Source: Spirochaetota bacterium (GTDB taxonomy: Bacteria > Spirochaetota > UBA6919 > CBDBPB01). Taken from it: a stretch of DNA of 64,000 bases. This document shows positions 9,827-20,203 of the stretch, one piece after another. A model generated the notes under the pieces. It worked only from the letters and a program-made list of their open reading frames with translations, made no database searches and was not told where the DNA came from. The stretch lies in assembly GCA_965208615.1 (NCBI GenBank), contig CBDBPB010000004.1:512001-576000 (forward strand). The letters are read 5' to 3'. Numbering within the stretch: the first letter of the stretch is position 1; every line of letters begins with the position of its first letter. Made by a program: the position numbers and the translations under genes.

Positions 9827-10363
9827 TCACTCAAAATTAAGGTACATCTTAGATTCAATTGGATAATTAGATATATTAGTATATTTAGAGTTCTTTTTAT
9901 TGGCATAATCTATACCAATATCGCCTGATAGCTCAAAATAAATCAACTGACCAATTGGCATATCAGGGTATATTCTAACAGGTTGTTTAACAGATATTTC
10001 TAGAGTCCAGGTATTTTTATACCCAACATCGCCCTTACCGGCAGTAGCGTGTATATCTATACCCAGTCTGCCTATGCTTGATTTTCCCTCTAAAAACGGG
10101 ACATGTTTTAATGTCTCAGTGTACTCTTTTGTAACGCCTAAATATAGTCTATTGGGCACTATAATAATTCCATTTTCTGGTATATTTATTATCCTAATTT
10201 TATTGTGTATCCTTGCATCAAGGACATCTTCTTCATATATACCCAAATACTTTCCCAGGTGGACATCATAACTATTACTTCCCAAGCTTTCTCTGTCAAA
10301 AGGCTTAATAGCGATATTACCCTTATCCATTTCTTCGAGTATTTTTTTATCAGTAAGTATCAT
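9827..10363 (-). CDS. dcd: dCTP deaminase
   Basis: NSYDVHLG, EGKSSIGRLG, GDVGY, WTLEI, GQL. Confidence 0.93.
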   Translation of the reverse strand: MILTDKKILEEMDKGNIAIKPFDRESLGSNSYDVHLGKYLGIYEEDVLDARIHNKIRIINIPENGIIIVPNRLYLGVTKEYTETLKHVPFLEGKSSIGRLGIDIHATAGKGDVGYKNTWTLEISVKQPVRIYPDMPIGQLIYFELSGDIGIDYANKKNSKYTNISNYPIESKMYLNFE

Positions 10364-10547
10364 ATAAATAATAACCTAAAAGTCAATTTGACAAGCTATA
10401 TAAGCTAGCCCAATAGTGTTATCCCTAACATCATGAAAATAGAATATCGACAGTTTATATAAAAAAGCTAATGTTATTAATAAAATTTAACTTTTATTAA
10501 GTAACTTTGTATATTTTAACAAATACATTCGACCTTAGGAGCTAAAC

Positions 10548-11306
10548 TTGAATAGCTTGCCTGACCAGCATAAATATGGATATGAAATTATTAAAGACCT
10601 ATATAAAAATAAAATCATATTAACGTGGTATAGGGATAATCCAAACGGTTGGAAACTTCATTCAGGACTATGGTCACCTTTTTATATTCAACTTCGTGAA
10701 CTAATAGCTTTCCCAAATATACTAGATAAAATATCCCTTTATATCGGAAAACTAATTAAAACAAATATACCAAACGCAAACCTGATTATAGGCCTTGCTA
10801 TGGCTGGTATACCTATTGCTACTGCAGTATCCTTAAAAACAAAAATACCTGCCGCATATACAAGAAAACTTGAAGGAATAACTAACCTTTCATCCTTAGA
10901 AAAAACTATACACAAATATGGAGATCACTCTTTAGTAGAAGGCAGACTTAGTAATAATAATAGAACAGTATTAGTGGATGATTTGGTTACTCAGTTTACT
11001 AGTAAGGCTATGGCAATAAGTATGATAAAACATGAGTATAATAAACGAAAAATAATAGACTATAAAGTTAAAGACGTTGTAGTACTACTCGATAGAGAAC
11101 AAGGTGCTGAAAAAGAAGCAAAAAAACTTGATGTAATATTACACAGCCTAATACCCTTTAAATCAAAAGGCATTCATTGGCTTAAAAACGATCTTAACCC
11201 AATAGAGTATAACATTATAACTGAGTATCTTGATAATCCAAATATTTTTCAGACTAACTCTATACAAGCTGATATTGCACAAAAAAATAAATATACTATA
11301 ACATAG
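10548..11306 (+). CDS. pyrE: Orotate phosphoribosyltransferase-like protein
   Basis: LHSGLWSPFYIQLR, AGIPIAT, PRPP-binding VLVDDLVT, LLDREQG. Confidence 0.78.
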   Translation: MNSLPDQHKYGYEIIKDLYKNKIILTWYRDNPNGWKLHSGLWSPFYIQLRELIAFPNILDKISLYIGKLIKTNIPNANLIIGLAMAGIPIATAVSLKTKIPAAYTRKLEGITNLSSLEKTIHKYGDHSLVEGRLSNNNRTVLVDDLVTQFTSKAMAISMIKHEYNKRKIIDYKVKDVVVLLDREQGAEKEAKKLDVILHSLIPFKSKGIHWLKNDLNPIEYNIITEYLDNPNIFQTNSIQADIAQKNKYTIT

Positions 11307-11429
11307 TCATTTTGCTCTATATTAACAAGCTAAGAAAACTTACTTATATATTAGTACATTTAAGGCTCTATCTTATTCTTATGTACAAGTATTTAAGTTA
11401 GTATATAAATTATATCAACGGAGATTATT

Positions 11430-13097
11430 ATGTCTAGTATTTACAAACCACCTGAATCACCATGGCGTGCAACTATTGAAACTGCAACTCTATCCAACTC
11501 AATTAGTAAAGCCTCTATGGCCAAGCTCTATGAGCTTTCTACAAAACAACCCAATGTTGTAGTAACTTCACATCCAATTTATAATCCTAAAAAATACGGA
11601 CTTCCTGATAATGCAAAAGTTCTTGTATCCAATGACGGCCAAATAGTAGGAAGAACCGCTAAAGCAAGACGTCTTGCTATTTATATGACTCAAAAAGAAA
11701 AAGACCACTATTTAGGAATACTAAGAGAAGCAGTATACAACTTTAACTATAAACAATGCCTCCACCTAGAAGGTGTAGTAGGCCTACACTCCACCTTTAT
11801 GATAAAAGCTCATCTTTTTAGTCCCATAAACGATGCTAAAAATATGCTTGACTGGGGCTTTAACTTTAATCCGTGGATGGAACCCATAATTAGTGAGTAT
11901 AAAGAATCAAGGGTTATTAATGAACCAGATATACTTGTTCTTGCTGATCCAGAGTGGAAGCATAAAGATTATCCAAACGGACTTGTTTTAGTGGATCAAA
12001 TGCAAAACTGCATAGCTATTTTAGGGTTACGCTATTTCGGAGAAAGAAAAAAAGGCACCCTAACCCTTGGCTGGGCAATAGGAGTACGACAAAATATGGT
12101 AGCCTGTCACGGGGGAATTAAAAAAATTGGTAATAAAAATCCTATTGCTGTATTTGGACTATCAGGTTCAGGTAAATCATCAATCACCAATGACCCAGAT
12201 CATGCAGGTACTCTTAATAAAGACGAAGTTGTAACAGTAGTCCACGATGATGCTTTTTTAATAGATCTAGAACACAATATTAGCATAAGCCTAGAACCAA
12301 ACCTTTTTGACAAAACTGATGCTGTAAAATACGATGACGCCAATTTAAAGTATTTTTACTCAGCCCAAAACATAGGGGTAACTAAACAATCAGATAATCA
12401 ACTAAAAATGATCTGTCAGGATATACGAAATCCAAATGGTAGGTGCATTAAAAGTAGGGATATGTTCCCCCATAAGAATAGCTGTGAAAGGCCTTCTAAG
12501 GTTATTTGGCTACAAAAGGATACTAGCCTTCCTCCGATTAGTAAAGTAAAAAATAATATTGCTTTGGCAGTTGCTATGGGAGCCTCATTAAGTACCATGA
12601 GAGCTAAAGGCGTAGAAAACGTTAATCCAGAAGAACTTAAAAAACTGGTTATTGAACCATTCGCTAATCCTTTTAGAGTGCATCCCCTAAGGTGGGACTG
12701 CGAACAGTTTAAAAAACTTTTTAAATCAGGTACTGACTGTTATATTATGAATACATATGCATTTGGACTTCCGAATAATATAATGGATATACCAAAAACT
12801 TTATCACTAAAAATAGTAACTCATATAATAAAGGAAAATATCAAATGGAAAGACTGGGACGGCTTTTACGGATTACAAATACCAGAAAATGCTAGTCAGT
12901 TACTCGAAAAGGATTATGATATTAAATATACTCCAACAGAAGATGAGCTATTCTTACAATTTCTAAAGGATAGACTCCAAGATAGAATAAACTTTTTATC
13001 CGATAACCAAAAAATAGAAAATGATATAGATACTACTTTTATTAACCCACTGGTAGTAGCTAGATCTCATATAGATCAGATTTTATATCCTATATAG
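11430..13097 (+). CDS. pckA: Phosphoenolpyruvate carboxykinase (ATP), divergent type
   Basis: YFGERKKG, ACHG, P-loop FGLSGSGKS, HDD metal motif, EPFANPF. Confidence 0.8.
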   Translation: MSSIYKPPESPWRATIETATLSNSISKASMAKLYELSTKQPNVVVTSHPIYNPKKYGLPDNAKVLVSNDGQIVGRTAKARRLAIYMTQKEKDHYLGILREAVYNFNYKQCLHLEGVVGLHSTFMIKAHLFSPINDAKNMLDWGFNFNPWMEPIISEYKESRVINEPDILVLADPEWKHKDYPNGLVLVDQMQNCIAILGLRYFGERKKGTLTLGWAIGVRQNMVACHGGIKKIGNKNPIAVFGLSGSGKSSITNDPDHAGTLNKDEVVTVVHDDAFLIDLEHNISISLEPNLFDKTDAVKYDDANLKYFYSAQNIGVTKQSDNQLKMICQDIRNPNGRCIKSRDMFPHKNSCERPSKVIWLQKDTSLPPISKVKNNIALAVAMGASLSTMRAKGVENVNPEELKKLVIEPFANPFRVHPLRWDCEQFKKLFKSGTDCYIMNTYAFGLPNNIMDIPKTLSLKIVTHIIKENIKWKDWDGFYGLQIPENASQLLEKDYDIKYTPTEDELFLQFLKDRLQDRINFLSDNQKIENDIDTTFINPLVVARSHIDQILYPI

Positions 13098-13099
13098 AA

Positions 13100-13828
13100 T
13101 CATAATTTTTTTATTATAGCGGTTATACCTAGTTTATTTACATATTCTTTAGCCTTTTGTGCTTTTGCCTTACTATTAAAAGTCTTTTTGGTAAGAAGTC
13201 TAAATACCTTAGAGTCTTTATGGTAAAAAGAAATAAAACTAGGTATTCCCATTTTTAACAACTTTTGCTGACGCTCTATGGCATGCTCTATATTATAAAA
13301 AGCTCCAATTTGCAATTTATAATGGGGCTTTTTTAATTTTATAATAGGTTCATATATTTTAATTACAAATATCTTCCTAGACTTGCTGTTTTGTTTTTTT
13401 GCCTTTTTTAGCCTGTTTGCTGACCTTTTAACTGCAGTATTAGGATTAATAAATTTATTATCACTTTTTCGCTTTCCCAAAAGTATAACACGTACCTTAG
13501 CTAATCCACTATTGATGAACTTCAACTGTATGGCGGCTTCTTTGGATACATCAATAATTCTATTAGCCTTAAACGGCCCCCTATCGTTTATTTTAATAAC
13601 AACAGACCTATTATTATCCAAATTGACAACCTTAACATAAGTACCAAAAGGTAAAGTACGATGTGCTCCTGTTAGACTATGCATATTATATATTTCTCCA
13701 CTAGCAGTTTTCCTACCGTGAAAGGCTTTGCCATACCATGATGCATATCCTTCAATCACTTTACCGCCGTAAGAGTATACAACACAAGTAAAAGTAAATA
13801 TTATTATAAGGCAAACCTTTATTCTCAT
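13100..13828 (-). CDS. rlpA: Septal ring lytic transglycosylase RlpA with C-terminal SPOR domain
   Basis: ASWYG, TASGE, AHRTLPFGT, INDRGPF, RIIDVS; SPOR motif LQIGAF; start moved to MRIKV, which begins a signal peptide. Confidence 0.9.
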   Translation of the reverse strand: MRIKVCLIIIFTFTCVVYSYGGKVIEGYASWYGKAFHGRKTASGEIYNMHSLTGAHRTLPFGTYVKVVNLDNNRSVVIKINDRGPFKANRIIDVSKEAAIQLKFINSGLAKVRVILLGKRKSDNKFINPNTAVKRSANRLKKAKKQNSKSRKIFVIKIYEPIIKLKKPHYKLQIGAFYNIEHAIERQQKLLKMGIPSFISFYHKDSKVFRLLTKKTFNSKAKAQKAKEYVNKLGITAIIKKL

Positions 13829-13981
13829 AGTAATTACCCATTGTTTATATTTGGCTATTTTATCGGAATATAAACTAAAACAATTCATTACTTAATATTA
13901 TGAAATAACTTTTCAATCAATACTTTATTTTCTTGTTTCAAATGTAAAATGCCTTAATATGACATTAAACAATAAGAAATA

Positions 13982-14009
13982 TTGACATATTAAAAATACG
14001 CATTATCTT
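13982..14009 (+). promoter_or_regulatory. Possible sigma70 promoter upstream of rsfS
   Basis: TTGACA-16 bp-TATCTT. Confidence 0.4.
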
Positions 14010-14086
14010 TTTATATGTTAACTATATAATATTTGCTTCTCAACACTCTAAAACTATTAAAAAAAAATATATGCTTTAAGGTATCT

Positions 14087-14467
14087 ATGACTAAAGAAAA
14101 AATTAAAGAATATTCAATCAATATCGCAAAAATAATCGAAGATAAAAAAGCCAACGATGTAGTGGTAATCGACGTTGAAGGAATTACTCCACATTTCGAC
14201 TTCTTGATAATCGCTAGCACTAACTCCTTTCTACACCTTAGTGCACTTACTAAAACCATTATAAAAAAACTCTCTGAATACAATTTTAAAAAAAGAAACT
14301 CCATTAAAGAATATGAGAATAATCCATGGATATTAATAGATTGCGAATCCATTATAATACACCTATTCACAAACGAAGCAAGAAACTTCTATAACCTAGA
14401 AAAACTATGGGTAGAAGGTAACCTTATTTATGGTGAACCTAAATATCAAAAAAAAATCCTAAGTTAA
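14087..14467 (+). CDS. rsfS: Ribosome silencing factor
   Basis: DKKANDVVVID, WILID, RNFYNLEKLW. Confidence 0.92.
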   Translation: MTKEKIKEYSINIAKIIEDKKANDVVVIDVEGITPHFDFLIIASTNSFLHLSALTKTIIKKLSEYNFKKRNSIKEYENNPWILIDCESIIIHLFTNEARNFYNLEKLWVEGNLIYGEPKYQKKILS

Positions 14468-14474
14468 TAACAAA

Positions 14475-15062
14475 ATGAAAAATATTAACTATAGCAAAAA
14501 TTGGAACTCTATATCCAATATGTCAGAAAATGACCTTTATCAAATCAATATAAAAAAACTCGATGAAGAAGACCTTGATGCACTATCCATAAGGCTTTTT
14601 AACCTAGGTCAAAAAGATAAAGCCTTATCTGTATACCAACATATGCTGTTGACTGATAAAAATAATCCAGCTGTTGAGTATACAAATATATACGAAAAAG
14701 TGATAATCGACTTGATGACCAAAAAAAACTATATTAAAGCTTCCTTATTCCTAAAAGACTATTTAATATTTGATGAACAAAAACGTAATGGCTATAGGAA
14801 CCACTTTATAAGAAGAAATATAGGTATATGCTATATATTCTCTGGCGAGCCGGATAAAGGACAAAAAATTATAAATACCCTTATTAACGAAGCTCCAGAT
14901 GACTTCTTTACATATAATGACTTGGCTATCGAATTCTATTACGCCAATGATAAAAGTAATACTATAAAATATTTAAGTATGGGAAAAAATAGTGCTAAAA
15001 ACTACGATAATGACTTTTGGTTTAAGTACTTCTCTGAGAAAATAACTGAAATAGAAAATTAA
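14475..15062 (+). CDS. TPR-like hypothetical protein
   Basis: Helical repeats with TPR-like spacing (NIGICY...G..DKG, YNDLA..FY). Confidence 0.55.
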   Translation: MKNINYSKNWNSISNMSENDLYQINIKKLDEEDLDALSIRLFNLGQKDKALSVYQHMLLTDKNNPAVEYTNIYEKVIIDLMTKKNYIKASLFLKDYLIFDEQKRNGYRNHFIRRNIGICYIFSGEPDKGQKIINTLINEAPDDFFTYNDLAIEFYYANDKSNTIKYLSMGKNSAKNYDNDFWFKYFSEKITEIEN

Positions 15063-15126
15063 CTTTATAATTTAGAAAGGTATTTGACGATATTAATATA
15101 TAACTTATTGTAAATAAGGTCTATAA

Positions 15127-16810
15127 ATGTCAAACCACAAAAAAGATAAGGTTTTAGAAACTGCTAAATTATACCTTCAACTTGGTACACTGTTAAAAAA
15201 AAAGAGACCCCTTTGGGCTAAAGAAAAAGTAGAAAAAATCATAGCCGAAGATATTAACAATAATAAGAAAATCAATCACATATTAAAAATTGATAAGACT
15301 ATAAAAGAACAAAATACTATATTAAAAAAAAAGAACTTACATAATAATATAAAAAAAACTAAAAAACAATATAAAAAAACTACCCCTATTAAAAAACTAA
15401 AAAGAGAAAATATATTATCTTATATCCTTTTTCAGTATAAGAAAATAGTCTCATTTGGTATTCAAACAAAAACTCTAAAACCCTATCCCCTAACCCTTGG
15501 CTTTAAAATAGATCATAACGTTGGAACTTCACTATACCACCTTAATTCCACTATAAAAGAACTCTTAGAACCCCTTTATTATCTAGTAGAAAACTCCTGG
15601 GTAACTTTAAACAAAGAACAGTATAACCTTATTATAGTATTTTACGACTTTTGTAGTCAATATAATCAAAGCTTTTTAAAGAACTTTGATTATACAGATA
15701 TTATGGTACTCGAGGATAACTTTTTAACCGTAATACAAAAAAATAGCTATAAACAAATGCTTATAGACAGCTTCAGAGAAGGTATAAAAGATAATGATAG
15801 TCATAAACCTAAACTAGAAAACTATATAAATAATGTTAAAAAAATTATAGAACCAAATATTATGCTACCTTCTCTAACTCATATCATACTGGCTTTACAC
15901 ATGGTAGACCTAAGGCAATTTATTAATATTAAAGAACTTATTTATACAGAAAACCCTCCCTCTATAAAAAAGAATAGGTATTTAGCTCCAGATAATGTAA
16001 TAAAAGACATTCAAACTATGATAGCTAAAAAAAGTCAAGCTATCCTTAGCCTAGAAGAAGAAATAAGGTTTATGGAGTTTGCAAATAAACTATTATTTGA
16101 TAAGGATATTAATCCCAACTTTAGTATTATTATAGAGTTTTTAAACGGAAAAGCTAATAAAATCGACATTGATAAAGAAAAAAATGATTTAATAAACCTT
16201 GTTTTGAGCCTATTAAAAGAATATATCAGCGTGTTTAAGGCATTCACTTTGGATAAAATTAAAATTACTACTAAAGATAACAATGTTGTAGAAGAAAAAG
16301 TTACCCCTTATGCTCTGGATAATGATTTTCGTAATATAATGTCAGAATACAGACAAATAATGGAACTTAATATAAAAGATTATAATAAGCTCTCTTTTGA
16401 AGAATATAAAACTTATATAAACACAAATACTGAAACACAAAATAATAAAGCTAATTTCTTTATTATATTAAAAAGACTATCAAAAACATTTTATGAACTT
16501 AGTTTTAAGTTATTCCATAGCTATTTTTATGAAAAAGAGTTAATTAGGTTATCTAGTAGTGAAAAAATGAAGCTTGCAAAAAATAAAGATTTATTTGAAA
16601 AGTCTATCCCCTATTCTAAGGGAAGGATTAATCTAAATTATTATCTTTCTAATAAAACCTGTATTAGACTCTTATATTAACCTTATTGAGTTTTGTTTAA
16701 ACTTTTCTTTCTTTTTCCTAAACCAAGACTTGATTAAAAAACTAAAGTATTTGCCTGTTTTAAAAGACGATCTTGCTAAGCTAAACAAGATAATTTTGAG
16801 GATGACTTAA
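15127..16810 (+). CDS. Hypothetical helical protein, probably frameshifted near 16654-16657
   Basis: 517-aa ORF to 16680; removing one A from the run at 16654-16657 extends it to TAA 16808-16810, which abuts the next start at 16813. Confidence 0.55.
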
Positions 16811-16812
16811 TT

Positions 16813-17181
16813 GTGAATAAAGAAAAAGATAATATTTATTACTCCATTGGAGAAGTTAGTAAAATTGTTAAGCTTAAAGAACATGTTATTAGATTCTGGG
16901 AAAAAGAGTTTGACGTTCTAGACCCCATCATAAACAGTAATAAGAATAATCGAAGAAAATATACAGATGAAGATATACAAATTATCCAAAGAATTAAAAC
17001 CCTCCTATACAAAGATGGTTTAACCATTAAAGGTGCCCAAAAGCACTTGCAAAAAGATAATCAAGAGTTAACTAACCAAAATAAAACTAAAACATTACAT
17101 TATCCAAAACAAACTATTACACCTTTAGAAAAAGAGACTATCTTGTCTAACCTAAAAGAAGTAGTTAAATTACTCAGCTAA
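16813..17181 (+). CDS. MerR-family HTH transcriptional regulator
   Basis: YYSIGEVS, HVIRFWEKEF, RRKYT, LLYKDGLTIKGA. Confidence 0.9.
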   Translation: MNKEKDNIYYSIGEVSKIVKLKEHVIRFWEKEFDVLDPIINSNKNNRRKYTDEDIQIIQRIKTLLYKDGLTIKGAQKHLQKDNQELTNQNKTKTLHYPKQTITPLEKETILSNLKEVVKLLS

Positions 17182-17218
17182 CAGCTTATCAATAATTATA
17201 AAATAAGGATCAACAATA

Positions 17219-18930
17219 ATGGCAAATAACATGAATGACAAAATAGATAAGCCTAAATATGACTTCATAAGAACTATAATTGATAACGATTTAAAAAACG
17301 CTAAACATAAAAAGATAATTACTCGCTTTCCACCCGAGCCAAACGGCTTTTTGCATATAGGTCATGCAAAGTCTATTGTTTTGAACTTTGATATAGCCAA
17401 AGAGTATAATGGAATATGTCACCTTAGACTTGACGATACTAATCCAGAAAAAGAAGATAACATATACGTTGAGGCAATAAAGAAGACATAAAATGGCTTG
17501 GGTATAATTGGGATGAACATTTATATTTTTCATCAGACTACTATGATAAGCTTTATGACTTAGCAATTAAACTAATAGAAAAGGATAAGGCATACGTTGA
17601 CAGCCTTAACGAAGATGATATTAAAAAGTATAGGGGTACCACAGAGAAAACTAAAGATACTAAACCCTTGCCCGGCAAGGATAGCCCATATAGAACAAGG
17701 TCTATACAAGAAAACCTTAATCTTTTTAAGCAAATGGCAAATGGCAAGTTCAAAGATGGTGAACACGTATTAAGAGCTAAAATAGATATGAACTCACCAA
17801 ACCTTAACATGAGAGACCCTGTCTTATACAGAATAAAACATACATACCATTATAGGGCTAAAGATAAATGGTGTATATATCCAATGTATGACTTTGCTCA
17901 CTGCCTATCAGACTCTATAGAAGGGATAACCCATTCATTGTGTACATTAGAGTTTGAGCTAAACAGACCATTATACAACTGGATCATAAACGAACTGGAC
18001 TTAAACTCTAAACCTCAACAAATTGAGTTTGCTAGGTTAAATCTTAGTAATACCATTTTGAGTAAACGTAAGCTAATTAAACTGGTATCAGAAAACTACG
18101 TTAGTGGATGGGATGACCCAAGAATGCCAACAATTAGCGGACTAAGACGAAAAGGATATACCCCAAAATCTATTATAGACTTCTGTAAGCGTATAGGAAT
18201 ATCAAAAACCCATAGCACCGTAAACATAAACCTACTAGAACACTGTATCCGTGAAGACCTAAATAAACACGCCAATAGGGTTATGGCTGTTATAAACCCT
18301 CTTAAGGTTATTATAACCAACTATCCAAAAGATAAAATAGAATGGCTTTATGCCGATAATAATCCAGAAAATCCAAATGCTGGTAAACGTAAAATACCGT
18401 TCTCTAAAGAAATATATATTGAACAAAACGACTTTATGACTGATCCCCCTAAGAAGTTCTTTAGGCTATCCCCAGGCAAAGAAGTTAGACTGCAACACGC
18501 ATATTATATTAAATGTGAGTCTTACAAAATAGATAGTAAAACTGGCAATATATTAGAAGTTTATTGTAGTTATGATCCAGACACTAAAGGAGGATGGTCA
18601 AAAGATAATAGAAAAGTTAAAGGTACATCCCATTGGGTATCCGCTGTTGAATCGGTAAAAATAAGGGTTAATTTATACGATTATATGTTCCTGGATGACA
18701 AAGCTAATAACCTTATAAACAACATAAATCCTGACTCCATTAAGATAATCAATGACTGTTTGGTTGAACCATCAATAAGAAATGCTAAACCAGGTGATAA
18801 ATTTCAATTCTTACGTCAGGGATATTTTTGCGTTGATAAAGACTCATCCCCAGATAAAATGATATTTAATCAAACTGTCTCACTAAAAGTAGCTGGAATA
18901 AAAAAAATAAATAGAGGTAAATATGGTTAG
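17219..18930 (+). CDS. glnS: Glutamine--tRNA ligase, split by a -1 frameshift at ~17480, with a probable second one at ~18886 (corrected stop 18914)
   Basis: [15 protein letters not shown] in ORF 17219-17491; the other frame continues EDIKWLG...[38 protein letters not shown]. Confidence 0.93.
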
Positions 18931-20203
18931 AGTACGCTTTGCACCATCTCCAACTGGGAGCATACATATTGGCAACGTTAGAGCCGCATTGTTTAATTAT
19001 ATATTCGCTAAAAAACATAATGGTAAACTAATACTCCGCCTTGAGGATACCGATTTAGAACGCTCTTCTGAAGAGTCTGCTATGAGTATTATCAATGACC
19101 TTAATTGGTTAGGCATCAATTTTGATGAGGGACCCCATATAGGGGGTGAGTATGGCCCATATAAGCAAACTGAAAGGCTTAGTATATATAAAGAATATGC
19201 AGAAAAGTTACTATCCGCTGGCAAGGCTGAGAAAGACTATACCACTGATAACTCTTATGGAATACGCTTTAAGGCTAAAAAGAAAGCCGTATTTAATGAT
19301 ACTGTATACGGCAGAGTAGAGAAAGAAGTCGATGACTTTATTATTCTAAAGTCCAACGGTATACCAACATACCATTTAGGCGTAGTGGTGGATGACTCAT
19401 TAATGAATATCACACACGTAATAAGGGGTAAAGACCACCTGGATAATACAGCTAAACATACATTACTATATGAGGCATTAAATATTAAGCCACCTATATA
19501 TGCTCATTATTCTTTGACGTCTGGACTTAGCAAAAGGGATAAAAGTAAGAGTATAGAGTCCCTTAGGGAAAAGGGCTATTTACCAGAAGCAATTATAAAC
19601 TATTCCATGCTATTAGGATGGTCTCCTAAAGACGATAGTGATAAGTTTAACATATTCGATAAGCTAAACGAGTTTGACATAAAAGACCTTACTAAAGCTA
19701 ACTCCAACTTTGATGAGGAAAAGTTTAATTGGTTATCTGGACAATATATTAGAGAGGCAAACTTAGATAGATTAACTCAAATTGCAATGCCATACATCAA
19801 CTATAAAGCCGATAAAGAGTATATTAATAAAATTGTATATGCAGTACGGAACAAGCTAAAGTGCGTTTCGGATATAGTTTATCACATTGACTTTTTCTTC
19901 CATGATGACATAGTTTATGAGAACAGTAATGCCGAACTTATAATTAAAAACAATGACTCACAAAAGGTTATACAGAGTCTTCTTGATAAAATAAAATTAG
20001 ACCCAACCATAACCGAGGATAATTTTAATACACTTATTAAGGCCGTACAAAAAGATACTAAAATTAAAGGTAAAAAACTCTTTATGCCTATAAGGATAGC
20101 TCTAACAGGTAAAACCCATGGATCAGAAATGAATTTAGTTGCCCCAATATTAGGTGCTAAAAGGTGTATTTTAAGATTAGAAAAGGCAATTAATAAAAAT
20201 TAG
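18923..20203 (+). CDS. gltX: Glutamate--tRNA ligase, short form
   Basis: [36 protein letters not shown], anticodon domain FMPIRIALTG. Confidence 0.93.
   Translation: MVRVRFAPSPTGSIHIGNVRAALFNYIFAKKHNGKLILRLEDTDLERSSEESAMSIINDLNWLGINFDEGPHIGGEYGPYKQTERLSIYKEYAEKLLSAGKAEKDYTTDNSYGIRFKAKKKAVFNDTVYGRVEKEVDDFIILKSNGIPTYHLGVVVDDSLMNITHVIRGKDHLDNTAKHTLLYEALNIKPPIYAHYSLTSGLSKRDKSKSIESLREKGYLPEAIINYSMLLGWSPKDDSDKFNIFDKLNEFDIKDLTKANSNFDEEKFNWLSGQYIREANLDRLTQIAMPYINYKADKEYINKIVYAVRNKLKCVSDIVYHIDFFFHDDIVYENSNAELIIKNNDSQKVIQSLLDKIKLDPTITEDNFNTLIKAVQKDTKIKGKKLFMPIRIALTGKTHGSEMNLVAPILGAKRCILRLEKAINKN

Noticed and set aside
17471-17491. Programmed -1 frameshift in glnS
   Set aside because: No X-XXY-YYZ slippery heptamer or evident stimulatory hairpin; neighbouring homopolymer indels point to assembly error
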